Shown here piece after piece: positions 21,650 through 34,050 of a DNA stretch of 64,000 bases. Position numbers and translations under genes: made by a program. Every line of letters begins with the position of its first letter. The first letter of the stretch is position 1. Location of the stretch: contig DATGRX010000064.1 in assembly GCA_035303185.1 (NCBI GenBank), forward strand, positions 2,539 to 66,538. The letters are read 5' to 3'. This DNA comes from Bacillota bacterium (GTDB taxonomy: Bacteria > Bacillota > Bacilli > Bacillales > Amphibacillaceae). The notes under the pieces were generated by a model. The model saw only the letters and a program-made list of their open reading frames with translations. It was not told the origin of the DNA and ran no database searches.

Positions 21650-23848
21650 ATGCCAAACCGGGACATAAAGACGATTGAACAAGTTATGAAACACGCTAAA
21701 ACATATTTATTAGAAGAAGATATATTATTTATTCAAGAAGCCTATGATTATGCGGCAGAAGCCCATGCAAAACAATTTCGCAAATCTGGGGAACCTTATA
21801 TTGTTCATCCGATTCAAGTTGCGAGCATATTAGTAGATTTAGAATTAGATCCAAGCACGATTGCCGGTGGTTTTCTTCATGATGTCGTAGAAGATACTGA
21901 CATAACGATCGAACAGATCGAGGAAACATTTGGTGAAGAAGTGGCTATGTTAGTAGATGGCGTCACGAAATTAGGGCAGATTAAATATAAATCAAAAGAA
22001 GCACAACAAGCGGAAAATCATCGGAAAATGTTTGTCGCTATGGCAAAAGACATTCGAGTGATTTTAATTAAATTAGCCGATCGATTGCATAATATGAGGA
22101 CGTTAGAATATTTACCAGCAGATAAACAAAGAAGAATCTCTAATGAGACGCTTGAAATTTTTGCCCCACTAGCTCATCGGTTAGGAATTTCCACGATGAA
22201 GTGGGAGTTAGAAGACACATCTTTACGATATTTAAATCCAAAAGAATATTATCATATCGTGCGCACGATGCGACAGAAACGAACAGAACGTGAAGCTTAT
22301 ATTGAAGATGTCATTAAAGAAATAAATACAGAATTAGATAAAGTTAATATAGAAAGTACAATTTCTGGCCGACCTAAGCATATTTATAGTATTTACCAAA
22401 AAATGAGTGAGCAGGATAAAAGCTTTGATGAAATTTACGATTTGTTAGCTGTTCGAGTTCTCGTTGATAGTATAAAAGATTGTTATGCTGTTCTTGGAAT
22501 TATCCATACATGTTGGAAACCGATGCCCGGCAGGTTTAAAGATTATATTGCGATGCCAAAACCAAATCTATATCAATCTTTACACACAACAGTGATGGGT
22601 CCAGGGGGAGATCCATTAGAGGTTCAGATACGTACAAATAAAATGCATGAAATCGCTGAGTACGGAATTGCTGCTCATTGGGCGTATAAAGAAGGTAAGT
22701 CGGCAAGCAATCAATCCTTTGAGGAAAAACTAACTTGGTTTAGGGAAATTTTAGAATGGCAGCAAGAAGCTCATGATGCAGAGGAATTTATGGAATCATT
22801 AAAAACAGACTTATTCTCAGATATGGTTTATGTATTTACCCCAAGGGGAGATGTTATTGAACTTCCGGCAGGTTCTGTTCCAATTGACTTTGCTTATCGC
22901 ATTCATACAGAAATTGGCAATCAAACGGTCGGAGCAAAGGTAAACGGGAAAATTAAACCGCTTGATTATAAACTTCAAACCGGGGATATTGTTGAAGTTG
23001 TAACTTCTAAACAATCCTACGGTCCATCACAGGATTGGCTTAAAATCACTCGTTCTTCAAAAGCGAAAAATAAAATAAAACAGTTCTTTAAAAAGCAAAG
23101 AAGAGAAGAAAATATTATTAAAGGAAGAGAAGCTGTAGAACGAGAAATTATAGCATTAGGTTATAAAACAAAAGATGTTTTAATAGAGGAAAACTTGGAA
23201 AGAGTGTTCAAAAAGTTTAATTTTACAAGTGAAGATGATATGTATGCAGCGGTTGGGTATCAAGGAATTACTGCTTCTTTAATTGCAACTAGACTAACTG
23301 ATCCTTTAAGAGATCAAGAAGAAGAAGATGAATTATCTGCAACTTTAGATCAATTAAAATCAGAAACGATTAGCCAAAGACGTCCATCACAGCAAAGTGC
23401 TACAGGTGTTGAAGTAGCAGGTATTGATAATTTACTCGTTCGTTTAGCAAAATGTTGTAATCCTGTACCGGGGGATGAAATTATCGGATTTATCACAAGA
23501 GGCCGTGGTGTTTCTGTTCATCAAAAACAGTGTCCGAATATACAATCAGAAGATAGACAAGAACGATTACTAAAGGTTTATTGGCAAGATCAACGAAATG
23601 CTGTAAAACAGTATTATGTTAAACTTGAAATTACTGGTTTTGATCGTAACGGATTACTTAATGATGTTTTACAGGCTGTAAACGAAATGGGTACAAATAT
23701 TACGAAAGTGAATGGCAGTGCAGATGAAAACAATATTGCCAATATCCAATTAAATATTTTAATTCATAATAAAAACCATTTACAAAAAGTAGTTCATCGT
23801 GTTAAACAAGTAGAAGACATATATACAGTAAAAAGAGTATTGAGCTAA
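21650..23848 (+). CDS. relA: Bifunctional (p)ppGpp synthase/hydrolase Rel
   Basis: RKSGEPYIVHP, LHDVVED, KLADRLHNMRT, YQSLHT, EVQIRT; TGS and ACT domains. Confidence 0.98.
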   Translation: MPNRDIKTIEQVMKHAKTYLLEEDILFIQEAYDYAAEAHAKQFRKSGEPYIVHPIQVASILVDLELDPSTIAGGFLHDVVEDTDITIEQIEETFGEEVAMLVDGVTKLGQIKYKSKEAQQAENHRKMFVAMAKDIRVILIKLADRLHNMRTLEYLPADKQRRISNETLEIFAPLAHRLGISTMKWELEDTSLRYLNPKEYYHIVRTMRQKRTEREAYIEDVIKEINTELDKVNIESTISGRPKHIYSIYQKMSEQDKSFDEIYDLLAVRVLVDSIKDCYAVLGIIHTCWKPMPGRFKDYIAMPKPNLYQSLHTTVMGPGGDPLEVQIRTNKMHEIAEYGIAAHWAYKEGKSASNQSFEEKLTWFREILEWQQEAHDAEEFMESLKTDLFSDMVYVFTPRGDVIELPAGSVPIDFAYRIHTEIGNQTVGAKVNGKIKPLDYKLQTGDIVEVVTSKQSYGPSQDWLKITRSSKAKNKIKQFFKKQRREENIIKGREAVEREIIALGYKTKDVLIEENLERVFKKFNFTSEDDMYAAVGYQGITASLIATRLTDPLRDQEEEDELSATLDQLKSETISQRRPSQQSATGVEVAGIDNLLVRLAKCCNPVPGDEIIGFITRGRGVSVHQKQCPNIQSEDRQERLLKVYWQDQRNAVKQYYVKLEITGFDRNGLLNDVLQAVNEMGTNITKVNGSADENNIANIQLNILIHNKNHLQKVVHRVKQVEDIYTVKRVLS

Positions 23849-23869
23849 ACATAAAGGAGAGATTTAACA

Positions 23870-24316
23870 GTGAGAGTAGTCATTCAACGATCAAACAAAG
23901 CGCATGTCACTGTAGATGAAGAAGTAATTGGTTCAATTGATCATGGGCTTGTTGTTCTTTTAGGTGTCACTCATGATGACACAGAAGAAGATATTGATTA
24001 TTTAGTAAATAAAATTGTTAATTTACGAATCTTTGAAGATGAAGAAGGAAAAATGAACTTATCTTTAAAAGATGTTAAGGGAAATATTTTATCTATTTCA
24101 CAATTTACTTTATATGCGGACACAAGTCGAGGGAGAAGACCAAGTTTTGTCGATGCTGCCAAGCCAGATCAAGCCCTTGATTTGTATGAAAGATTTAATA
24201 AACGAATTGAAGAAGAAGGGGTTCATGTAGAAACTGGGGAATTTGGTCAAATGATGAATGTTTCTTTAGTCAATCATGGCCCGACTACTATTATTATTGA
24301 TAGTAAAGATAAATGA
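23870..24316 (+). CDS. dtd: D-aminoacyl-tRNA deacylase
   Basis: MRVVIQR, LRIFED, SQFTL, GRRPSF, NHGPTT. Confidence 0.97.
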   Translation: MRVVIQRSNKAHVTVDEEVIGSIDHGLVVLLGVTHDDTEEDIDYLVNKIVNLRIFEDEEGKMNLSLKDVKGNILSISQFTLYADTSRGRRPSFVDAAKPDQALDLYERFNKRIEEEGVHVETGEFGQMMNVSLVNHGPTTIIIDSKDK

Positions 24317-24352
24317 GATAGATGCCTCGTATAAGGCTCTATCTCATTTTTA
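24311..24352. terminator. Bidirectional terminator between dtd and yrvJ
   Basis: AAATGAGATAGA...TCTATCTCATTT hairpin. Confidence 0.7.
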
Positions 24353-25390
24353 TTCCTTTCTAAAATAATCAACAAGTCCAGCAATGATACCTTTGACTAA
24401 CTTCTCTTGATACTCATTTGATTGTAACAATTTTTCCTCTTCTACATTTGATAAAAACCCTAATTCCATTAAAATAGCTCGATTATGATTGTGCCGTAAA
24501 ACTTGTAAATTTTCATATGACACATCGCGATCATTGGCATTCGTTGCTAAAATTGTTTGCCTTTGAACAGACTTTGCTAATTTTTTGTCATTTTCATCAT
24601 AATAAAAAGTGCTAATTCCTTTTGCGGAAGGGAAATCGGGAAAACTGTTATAATGAATACTAATAAATAAATCTGGATTAATTAAATTAGACATACTCAC
24701 ACGGCTACCTAATCGAATGTACTCATCGTGTTCTCTCGTCATAATAACGTTTACCCCAAGTTCTGTTAAGATATCTTTTAATTTTTTAGCTGTTATTAAA
24801 GCAAAATCCTTTTCATACCGCTCACTAACACTAATTGCACCAACATCATAACCACCATGACCAGGATCAATTATAATCGTCTTATTACGTAAAACATGTT
24901 CCTCGTTATTTTGTTCAATAAAACTTTGATGAATATAACCTGTATCATCATTAATCTCTATTTTAAACCAGTCCTCTTCAGTCGTTAAAACGGGTAATTG
25001 TTCACCTTTATTAACAAATGTTAATATGTCATAATTTGTTGAAGGACCTTTTCGAATATGTGTTTGGTCAGTATGGACAGTAATATATTGCTCCGTTTCT
25101 GAGATTTCCTTTTTGCTCTCTTCTTTAGATAAAACATCGACATATTCTTTTAAAACCCAGCCAGATTGTTTACCTAGATCAATTTTTAGCCAGTCATTAT
25201 CAGATTCGATGAAAGGATATTGTTCATTCGAGTGAACTTTTTTAATTACATGAAATTCTGTACTAGGACCTTCACGGACATTAACATTGTCTACCAAAAT
25301 TTCGACATCTTTTGATTGAGCAATGGCAAGACTAGATGTTATAAAGATTAATGTAGTTATGAGCAAAATAACTGTTTTATGTATTTTCAC
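24350..25390 (-). CDS. yrvJ: N-acetylmuramoyl-L-alanine amidase with two SH3b domains (YrvJ-like)
   Basis: Signal peptide; NVREGPST and HIRKGPST SH3 repeats; IDPGHGG, ISIHYN, MELGF Amidase_3 motifs. Confidence 0.85.
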   Translation of the reverse strand: MKIHKTVILLITTLIFITSSLAIAQSKDVEILVDNVNVREGPSTEFHVIKKVHSNEQYPFIESDNDWLKIDLGKQSGWVLKEYVDVLSKEESKKEISETEQYITVHTDQTHIRKGPSTNYDILTFVNKGEQLPVLTTEEDWFKIEINDDTGYIHQSFIEQNNEEHVLRNKTIIIDPGHGGYDVGAISVSERYEKDFALITAKKLKDILTELGVNVIMTREHDEYIRLGSRVSMSNLINPDLFISIHYNSFPDFPSAKGISTFYYDENDKKLAKSVQRQTILATNANDRDVSYENLQVLRHNHNRAILMELGFLSNVEEEKLLQSNEYQEKLVKGIIAGLVDYFRKE

Positions 25391-25482
25391 TTCGTTCCTC
25401 CTAGAAACTTATCTTTTTAATTTTATACAATTATAACAAAAAGTTATAAAAAACGACATTGATTCCATCATATATGTCATAC

Positions 25483-25511
25483 TTGACTTTATGGCGCTAA
25501 ATCATTATGAT
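25483..25511 (+). promoter_or_regulatory. SigA promoter of the hisS-aspS leader
   Basis: TTGACT-17 bp-TATGAT. Confidence 0.7.
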
Positions 25512-25535
25512 TGTTATTACTAAAAGCTCTATATG

Positions 25536-25780
25536 AAAGTTGATGATCGAAAAAGTAGCTAACACTCATCTGTACAGAGATAAAATGTCCTGGCTGAAAA
25601 CATTTTACATGATGAATTAGTGAAAGACGTTCGGGAGACTCTTTATTGAATGTAAGATAGTAAATAAAGACGTTTGACAGACGTTATACTGTTTTAAGGT
25701 GAACATGATTTGTTTTATGTTAACTAGGGTGGCAACGCGAGTATCTCTCGTCCCTTATTTGGGATGAGAGTTTTTTTATT
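25536..25780 (+). promoter_or_regulatory. T-box riboswitch upstream of hisS-aspS (Asp specifier GAC)
   Basis: AGTA loop-E, AGAGA bulge, GGCTGAAA distal loop, GAAAGACG specifier loop, TAGGGTGGCAACGCG T-box, terminator CTCTCGTCCC...GGGATGAGAG-T7. Confidence 0.92.
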
Positions 25781-25807
25781 TTTAAATTTAATAAGGAGGT
25801 TCTGCTG

Positions 25808-27088
25808 ATGAATTTTAACACACCTAGAGGGACGGTCGACATTTATTCGTCTGAAGCAAAGAAATGGCAATATATTGAAAATAAGTTACGTAATATTAGT
25901 GACAAATTTAACTATGAGGAAATACGGACACCGATGTTTGAGCATACGGAAATTTATCAACGGGGTGTTGGCGATTCAACAGATATCGTCCAAAAAGAAA
26001 TGTATACATTTTATGATCGAGGAGGGAGAAGTTTAACCCTTCGTCCAGAAGGAACAGCAGGAGTCGTTCGAGCCTTCGTTCAAAATAAAATGTACGGGGA
26101 TGCAAACCAGCCAGTAAAACTATACTATTTTCAAGAAATGTTTCGTTATGAACGACCGGAACAAGGAAGAATGCGCCAGTTACACCAATTTGGTGTAGAA
26201 GTTTTAGGTAGTGAAGATCCAGCAGTTGATGCGGAAGTTATTTCTTTAGCGATGTTTGCTTACGAAGAACTTGGCTTAACAGATGAGATAAAATTAGTCA
26301 TCAATAGTTTAGGTGATCGAGAAAGTAGGGAAAAACATAGGGAAGCTTTAGTAAAACATTTTACAACTTATCAAGATGAGTTGTGCGGTGATTGTCAAAT
26401 GAGACTTAAGCAAAATCCAATGAGAATTTTAGATTGTAAAGTGGATGCAGATCATGAAGCAATGAAAAAGGCTCCTTCTATTTTAGATTATTTAAATGAT
26501 TCATCTAAACAATACTTTCAAGATGTAAAAGCCCATTTAGATCGTATTGGGGTGGAATATGTAGTTGATGCTAACCTAGTTAGAGGGCTTGATTATTATA
26601 ATCATACTGCTTTTGAAATTATGTTGGATAAAGAAGGTTATGGGGCTGCAACTACTTTACTTGGTGGTGGGCGTTACGATGGTTTAACCTCTGAATTAGG
26701 TGGACCAGATGTACCAGGAGTCGGTTTTGGTATGGGAATTGAGCGATTACTTATGGCTTTAGATGCCGTTGATATTCAATTACCCGCTGATGAAGGAATA
26801 GATTGCTACGTTGTAACGATAGGAGAAAATGCAAATAATGAAGCGGTTCGTCTCGTTTACCAGCTACGCCGAGCAGGTTTAAAAGTTGAAAAAGACTATT
26901 TAAAAAGACAAATGAGAGCACAATTAAGAGCAGCTAATCGCTTGCAAGCTCATTTTACAGTAATTATCGGGGATAATGAATTAGAAAAGGAAATCGTTAA
27001 TGTAAGAAATATGCAAACAGGTGAACAAGAAGAAGTTTCCTTTTTAGAACTCAAAAACTATTTATTAACCTATTGTAAGGAGGAATAA
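25808..27088 (+). CDS. hisS: Histidine--tRNA ligase
   Basis: [33 protein letters not shown]. Confidence 0.98.
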   Translation: MNFNTPRGTVDIYSSEAKKWQYIENKLRNISDKFNYEEIRTPMFEHTEIYQRGVGDSTDIVQKEMYTFYDRGGRSLTLRPEGTAGVVRAFVQNKMYGDANQPVKLYYFQEMFRYERPEQGRMRQLHQFGVEVLGSEDPAVDAEVISLAMFAYEELGLTDEIKLVINSLGDRESREKHREALVKHFTTYQDELCGDCQMRLKQNPMRILDCKVDADHEAMKKAPSILDYLNDSSKQYFQDVKAHLDRIGVEYVVDANLVRGLDYYNHTAFEIMLDKEGYGAATTLLGGGRYDGLTSELGGPDVPGVGFGMGIERLLMALDAVDIQLPADEGIDCYVVTIGENANNEAVRLVYQLRRAGLKVEKDYLKRQMRAQLRAANRLQAHFTVIIGDNELEKEIVNVRNMQTGEQEEVSFLELKNYLLTYCKEE

Positions 27089-27090
27089 AA

Positions 27091-28878
27091 ATGCATCAAC
27101 GTGCTTTAGCTACACAAATTGATGAATCGAATGTCAATGAAACAGTATTATTAAAAGGATGGGTACAAAGAAGACGAGACTTAGGTGGTTTAATTTTTAT
27201 AGATTTACGTGATCGATCTGGTGTCATCCAAGTCATTTTTAATCCAGATCACTCTAAAGAAGCGTTAAACATTGCTGATACTGTTAGAAATGAATATGTG
27301 ATTGAAGTTACGGGTAACGTTATTAAACGTTCGCCTGAAAATATTAATCAAGCAATGGATACTGGAAAAATTGAAGTCTTAGCTTCGGAAATAACTATTA
27401 TTAATAGGGCAAAAACACCACCTTTTGTGATTGAAGAAGAAACTGATGTATCTGAAGATTTACGGCTTAAATACCGATATATTGATTTAAGACGTCGTTC
27501 CTTTCAAAAGACTTTTTACATTCGTCATCAAATTACCCAAGCGATACGTAATTATTTAAATGAAAATGATTTTTTAGAAATGGAGACACCAATTTTAACG
27601 AAAAGTACTCCTGAAGGTGCTAGGGATTATTTAGTCCCAAGTAGAGTACATACAGGTAGCTTTTATGCGCTTCCACAGTCCCCACAACTATTTAAGCAAA
27701 TGATTATGATGTCAGGCTTTGAGAAGTATTATCAAATTGCCCGTTGTTTTAGAGATGAGGATTTACGTGCAGATAGGCAACCGGAATTTACACAACTGGA
27801 TATAGAAACTTCTTTTATGACAACAGAAGAAATTATGGAATTAACAGAAGGATTAATGGCTTCCATCATGAAGGAGATAAAAGATATTGATGTGGAGCGA
27901 CCCTTTAAACGAATGACTTATGAAGAAGCGATGCACCGATATGGTTCAGATAAGCCAGATACAAGATTTGGCATGGAGTTAATCCACATTAATGAAGTTG
28001 TTGAAAGTAGCGAGTTTAAAGTCTTTAGTGGAACAATTGCTTCTGGTGGTAGTGTGGCATTACTGAATGTAAAAGGTGCAGCAGATAAGTATTCAAGACG
28101 AAATATTGATGATTTAACAAAATTCGTAGAAGTGTATGGAGCGAAAGGATTAGCATGGGTTAAAGTTGACGCAGATGAATTTACAGGGCCAATTGCTAAA
28201 TTTATTAATGAAGAAGAGCAGCAAGGGATCCGTAAAAAAGCTCAAGTAGAGGATGGAGATTTATTACTTTTCGTTGCAGACAAACAAGAAGTTGTCTATA
28301 GTAGCTTGGGAGCATTACGCTTAAAATTAGGAAAAGAATTACAACTTATTAATGAAAAGAAATTTAATTTCCTTTGGATCACTGACTGGCCATTATTTGA
28401 ATACGATGATGAATTAGGAAGATATGTATCCATGCACCATCCGTTTACTCGCCCTTTCGAAGAGCATATTTCTCTTATCAACGAAGAGCCCAATAAAGTA
28501 AAAGCTCATGCCTATGACTTAGTCTTAAATGGTTTTGAACTTGGTGGAGGATCCTTAAGAATATATAAGCGTGAATTACAAGAAAAAATCTTAGATAAAT
28601 TAGGATTTACAAAAGAAGAAGCTGAAGATCAATTTGGCTTTTTATTAGAAGCCCTTGAATATGGGGCACCCCCGCATGGTGGAATTGCTTTTGGTTTAGA
28701 TCGCATGGTAATGATTTTAGCAGAACAAAGTAATATCAGGGACACAATTTTATTTCCAAAAACAGCTTCTGCTACGGATTTATTAACAGATGCTCCAAGT
28801 AAAGTAGATGAAGAACAGCTTGAAGAGTTATCATTACAATTAGAACAAAAAAACGGTGTGGAGGACAAACAGACATAG
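27091..28878 (+). CDS. aspS: Aspartate--tRNA ligase
   Basis: [52 protein letters not shown]. Confidence 0.98.
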   Translation: MHQRALATQIDESNVNETVLLKGWVQRRRDLGGLIFIDLRDRSGVIQVIFNPDHSKEALNIADTVRNEYVIEVTGNVIKRSPENINQAMDTGKIEVLASEITIINRAKTPPFVIEEETDVSEDLRLKYRYIDLRRRSFQKTFYIRHQITQAIRNYLNENDFLEMETPILTKSTPEGARDYLVPSRVHTGSFYALPQSPQLFKQMIMMSGFEKYYQIARCFRDEDLRADRQPEFTQLDIETSFMTTEEIMELTEGLMASIMKEIKDIDVERPFKRMTYEEAMHRYGSDKPDTRFGMELIHINEVVESSEFKVFSGTIASGGSVALLNVKGAADKYSRRNIDDLTKFVEVYGAKGLAWVKVDADEFTGPIAKFINEEEQQGIRKKAQVEDGDLLLFVADKQEVVYSSLGALRLKLGKELQLINEKKFNFLWITDWPLFEYDDELGRYVSMHHPFTRPFEEHISLINEEPNKVKAHAYDLVLNGFELGGGSLRIYKRELQEKILDKLGFTKEEAEDQFGFLLEALEYGAPPHGGIAFGLDRMVMILAEQSNIRDTILFPKTASATDLLTDAPSKVDEEQLEELSLQLEQKNGVEDKQT

Positions 28879-28910
28879 TATATTTTTCCAAAATATGAAG
28901 AATGTATAAA

Positions 28911-28939
28911 TTGAAATTAGTTTTGTTGTATGATACTAT
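28911..28939 (+). promoter_or_regulatory. SigA promoter of 6S RNA
   Basis: TTGAAA-17 bp-TACTAT with extended TG. Confidence 0.6.
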
Positions 28940-28956
28940 CTAGATAGATAAAGAAA

Positions 28957-29140
28957 CAATCCTGATGTGTTCGTTCTAGAAATATCGTTTTGACCGAACA
29001 CCTATATACAAGGGAGCCTGCCGTTTCCATATGGCTTACATGCCTACGGATAAGACGGGGACGTAAAAAGTATGGAACAAGGCACCCACCTGCCGAGAGC
29101 GGGTTCAAAACTAAGGTATAGGACGGCACTATCGGGATTG
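28957..29140 (+). ncRNA. ssrS: 6S RNA (6S-1/BsrA type)
   Basis: Terminal stem CAATCCTGATGTG/CACTATCGGGATTG; GGGAGC...CACCCACCTG...AGCGGGTTC motifs; canonical position after aspS. Confidence 0.9.
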
Positions 29141-29145
29141 TACAT

Positions 29146-29176
29146 AAAAAAACCTGTTCAAATGAACAGGTTTTTT
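29146..29176. terminator. Bidirectional terminator between 6S RNA and the rsfA-like gene
   Basis: AAAAAAACCTGTTCA-AA-TGAACAGGTTTTTT. Confidence 0.85.
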
Positions 29177-29797
29177 CTAATTTAAATTTTGAATGATTTT
29201 TTGAAGATTACCGTTTTTATCCATGGTAAAACTAGGGGATTCTGTCATTTTACTATCATCAAAAACGGTCATCTTTCTTGCTCTTTCCATAATTTGAATA
29301 AAGGTTTCATAATCTTCTTTTATTGTTGTAAATTGCTTTTCTGTTTCATCTAATTTATTTTGTAATTGTTCGATTTCTTCTTTTAAAGATTTATTTTCCT
29401 TTTCTAGTCGTTTGATCGCTAGTTTTGCTTGTTGATTCGCTTGTGTATCTTCATCTAACTGTTGTAAAAATGTAATTACTCGTTGTAATGTTATATGTTC
29501 AGATAATGATTCGTTTTCAACATTGCTAACAGTGGATGTTTTCGTTTTTGTTGCTTTTGCAAGGGAACGTTTTCTTTCTTTTCGTTGGCGTTTAGCAAGT
29601 TCCATAGCCTCGACATAATCGCCCCTAACTTCAGCATTCCATCTAAAACCGCAAGCAGCAGAGGTACGGTTCAATTGATCGCCAACTTCTTCAAAGGCTT
29701 TTAACTGAGTGCTACCTTCTCTAACGTGACGTAAAACTGTTTCAGCTAAAAGTAAATCATCTTCATGTGACCAAGCATCTTGACGTACTTTTGCCAT
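29177..29797 (-). CDS. rsfA: RsfA family prespore transcriptional regulator
   Basis: RQDAWSHEDDLLLAETVLRHVREGSTQL...RTSAACGFRWN; C-terminal F.MDKNGNL. Confidence 0.88.
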   Translation of the reverse strand: MAKVRQDAWSHEDDLLLAETVLRHVREGSTQLKAFEEVGDQLNRTSAACGFRWNAEVRGDYVEAMELAKRQRKERKRSLAKATKTKTSTVSNVENESLSEHITLQRVITFLQQLDEDTQANQQAKLAIKRLEKENKSLKEEIEQLQNKLDETEKQFTTIKEDYETFIQIMERARKMTVFDDSKMTESPSFTMDKNGNLQKIIQNLN

Positions 29798-29884
29798 AAT
29801 TCCATCAACTCCCTTATAAATTTCGAACTGGATGTAATCTACATATCTTGTAACTTAAATAGTAAAGTTCGATTTCTATATGAC

Positions 29885-29913
29885 TATTATGCTCGTTTTA
29901 TAAGGGATTATAC
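29885..29913 (-). promoter_or_regulatory. SigF/SigG-type forespore promoter of the rsfA-like gene
   Basis: Minus strand GTATA-17 bp-CATAATA. Confidence 0.6.
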
Positions 29914-29914
29914 G

Positions 29915-31189
29915 TTACTTTTTCTTTTTATTGATTTGATCATATACTTGTTTTAAAGCTTGCTCAAATTTACCTGTCGAAAGAGGGCGGAAATATTTAC
30001 TATTCTTTAACGTGTCTGGTAAATATTGTTGGTTGACCCATGCTCCAGGATAATCAAAGGGATACTTATAATTAACGCCTCGACCGATTGACTTAGCACC
30101 AGCATAATGGGAATCTTTAATGTGTGCTGGTATGTCACCACTTTTTCCTTGGCGAATATCGGAAAGGGCGGAATCTAGTGCCTTGTATGCTGAGTTTGAT
30201 TTCGGAGATAAAGCTAATTCTACGACAGAAACTGCTAATGGAATACGAGCTTCCGGAAATCCGATTCTTTCAGCAGCTTCCACGGCTGCAATTGCCCTTG
30301 GTCCTGCTTGTGGATTTGCGAGGCCGATATCTTCATAGGCGATGACAATTAATCTACGAGCAATACTGTCTAAATCTCCAGCTTCAATAAGACGACCAAG
30401 ATAATGAAGTGATGCATTAACATCACTACCACGGATTGACTTTTGAAAGGCAGACAGTACGTCATAATGGGCATCGCCACCTTTATCATGAGAAAAGCTT
30501 TTCCTTTGCATACATTCTTCGGCAATGTCTAACGTAATTTCGATGATTCCTTCATTAGTCTCTGCTGTTGATGCAACGGCAAGTTCAATTCCATTTAAAG
30601 CTGAACGAAGATCACCGTTTGCACTTAAAGCAAAATGTTTGAGGGCTTCTTCATCGATACTTATTTGTAAATGACCGTAACCATTCACATCGTCTGTTAT
30701 GGCTCGATTAATTGCTATTTTTATTTCTTCTATACTTAATGGATATAATTCGAATAAATGGCAACGACTACGAAATGCAGGGTTAATCGCATGATATGGA
30801 TTGCTCGTTGTACACCCTATTAACGTAATTAAATTACTTTCTAAATGTGGAAGAAGGAAGTCTTGTCTTGGTTTATCTAAGCGATGAACTTCATCTAAAA
30901 TTAAGACTACATTCCCCGACATTTTTGCTTCTTCGACGACGATTTCTAAATCTTTTTTTCGATCTGTAACAGCATTGAGCATGCGTACTTGCAAATCTAA
31001 GCTTTTAGCGACGGCATTCGCTAAAGAAGTTTTCCCGGTCCCAGGTGGCCCAAATAAAATCATTGATGATATTTTTTCCGCAGTGACCATTCGGTGTAAA
31101 ATTTTTCCTTCACCAACTAAATGCCGTTGTCCAATAATTTCTGATATATTTGAAGGTCGCATTCGATAGGCTAAAGGTTCATTTTTCAT
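29915..31189 (-). CDS. rarA: Replication-associated recombination protein A (YrvN/MgsA)
   Basis: EPLAYRMRP, GPPGTGKT, LDEVHR, HYDVLSAFQKSIRGSD, EDIGLA, PKSNS. Confidence 0.96.
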   Translation of the reverse strand: MKNEPLAYRMRPSNISEIIGQRHLVGEGKILHRMVTAEKISSMILFGPPGTGKTSLANAVAKSLDLQVRMLNAVTDRKKDLEIVVEEAKMSGNVVLILDEVHRLDKPRQDFLLPHLESNLITLIGCTTSNPYHAINPAFRSRCHLFELYPLSIEEIKIAINRAITDDVNGYGHLQISIDEEALKHFALSANGDLRSALNGIELAVASTAETNEGIIEITLDIAEECMQRKSFSHDKGGDAHYDVLSAFQKSIRGSDVNASLHYLGRLIEAGDLDSIARRLIVIAYEDIGLANPQAGPRAIAAVEAAERIGFPEARIPLAVSVVELALSPKSNSAYKALDSALSDIRQGKSGDIPAHIKDSHYAGAKSIGRGVNYKYPFDYPGAWVNQQYLPDTLKNSKYFRPLSTGKFEQALKQVYDQINKKKK

Positions 31190-31326
31190 GAAAATTCTCC
31201 CTTTATCTTAATGATTATGTATTTAAGCGTATTATTCATATTCATAAAATGCAAGAAGTAGGGTACTCATGTTATAATCATATACAATGAAAAATAGAAA
31301 TTCTACGTAAGTATAAGAGGTGGCTT

Positions 31327-31746
31327 ATGAAAATAACTACAAAAGGTCGCTACGGTTTAACAATTATGATTGAACTGACAAGAAATTATGGTAAAAGACA
31401 TGTACCATTAAAAGAAATTGCGGAAAAACATCAATTATCATTACACTATTTAGAGCAGTTGGCAACGTCACTAAGAAACAATGGTTTAATTAAAAGTGTA
31501 AGAGGTGCAGGTGGAGGATACTTATTAACGAAGGAACCAAACAAAATTATTGTTGGTGATATTATTACAGCTTTAGAAGGTCCCATTTTATTTGTAGAGG
31601 AAATGAGTAATGAAGAACCTGCCCAAAAAGCGTTATGGAATAAATTGCGTAATGCAGTAAAAGATATTTTAGATACAACGACATTAGAAGACTTATTAGC
31701 TATGCATCAAGAAGATAAGCAAGAAAATTACATGTTTTATATTTAA
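31327..31746 (+). CDS. cymR: Rrf2-family cysteine metabolism regulator
   Basis: MKITTKGRYGL, HYLEQL, SVRGAGGGY, C-terminal YMFYI. Confidence 0.92.
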   Translation: MKITTKGRYGLTIMIELTRNYGKRHVPLKEIAEKHQLSLHYLEQLATSLRNNGLIKSVRGAGGGYLLTKEPNKIIVGDIITALEGPILFVEEMSNEEPAQKALWNKLRNAVKDILDTTTLEDLLAMHQEDKQENYMFYI

Positions 31747-31767
31747 GTTGAAGGAGTTTTATATGTT

Positions 31768-32910
31768 ATGAAAGTCATTTATATGGATCATGCAGCTACT
31801 ACTCCTATCCGTGAAGAAGTGATTACAAAAATGAAAGAGGCTTATCAAAATATTTTTGGTAATCCCTCAAGTATTCATGCATACGGTAGAGAGGCAAGAA
31901 AGTATTTAGATGAAGCGCGTAGAACAATTGCTTCTTATATTGCTGCTGATGAAAGAGAAATTATTTTTACAAGCAGTGGGACAGAAGCAGACAATTTAGC
32001 TGTGATAGGAGCAGCTATAGCGAATAAGGAAAAGGGCAATCATATTATTACGACAAAACAAGAACATCATGCTGTTTTACATGCTACCGAATATTTAGAA
32101 GAAAATGGTTTTGAAGTGACATATTTACCCGTTTATGAAAGTGGTCGTATTCATGTGAAGGATTTAGAAAAGGCTCTAACAGATGAGACGATTTTAGTAT
32201 CTATTATGTATGTAAACAATGAAACAGGTGTTATCCAACCGATTGAAGAAATAGGAGAAATTTTACAAGAACATCAAGCACTTTTCCATACAGATGCTGT
32301 ACAAGCGATAGGACTTTTACCAATTAATGTCGAACAATTACAGGTTGATTTATTAAGTGCTTCTGCACATAAAATAAATGGTCCAAAAGGCTCGGCATTT
32401 TTGTATGTAAAAGAAGGAATTCATTTACAGCCTCAGTTTTATGGTGGAGAACAAGAACGAAAAGTGCGAGCGGGTACAGAAAATGTTCCGCAAATTATCG
32501 GATTTGAAAAATGTATTTCACTTTTACAAAAGGAAAAGGATAAACAATATGATTCATATACACGTCTAAAAGAAAGATTTTTAACTTCTTTACGAGAAAA
32601 TGGCATAGATTTTGAAATAAACGGTGATGAGGAGTATACTGTACCTTCTATCGTTAATATAAGTTTTCCTAGAACAGAAGTTGAAATGATGTTGACCAAT
32701 TTAGATTTAGAAGGCATCGCAGCATCAAGTGGTAGTGCTTGTACGGCCGGATCTATCGAACCTTCCCATGTTCTTGTAGCCATGTATGGTGAAAAGGATG
32801 AGCGAACGACTAATTCTATTCGTTTTAGTTTTGGAAAAGGGCAGACCGAAGAAATGATGGAAGAAGCGGCTAAGCGTATCGCAGATATTGTGCGTAGAAT
32901 AATGAAATAA
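31768..32910 (+). CDS. iscS: Cysteine desulfurase (YrvO)
   Basis: YMDHAATT, GNPSS, HTDAVQ, SAHK, SSGSAC; upstream of mnmA. Confidence 0.93.
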   Translation: MKVIYMDHAATTPIREEVITKMKEAYQNIFGNPSSIHAYGREARKYLDEARRTIASYIAADEREIIFTSSGTEADNLAVIGAAIANKEKGNHIITTKQEHHAVLHATEYLEENGFEVTYLPVYESGRIHVKDLEKALTDETILVSIMYVNNETGVIQPIEEIGEILQEHQALFHTDAVQAIGLLPINVEQLQVDLLSASAHKINGPKGSAFLYVKEGIHLQPQFYGGEQERKVRAGTENVPQIIGFEKCISLLQKEKDKQYDSYTRLKERFLTSLRENGIDFEINGDEEYTVPSIVNISFPRTEVEMMLTNLDLEGIAASSGSACTAGSIEPSHVLVAMYGEKDERTTNSIRFSFGKGQTEEMMEEAAKRIADIVRRIMK

Positions 32911-32919
32911 AGGTGGTGA

Positions 32920-34029
<1,110 letters not shown>

Positions 34030-34050
34030 ATAGGGGCGAACGTATTAATT

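Noticed and set aside
28917-29129. 70-aa minus-strand ORF after aspS
   Set aside because: It is the antisense shadow of the 6S RNA.
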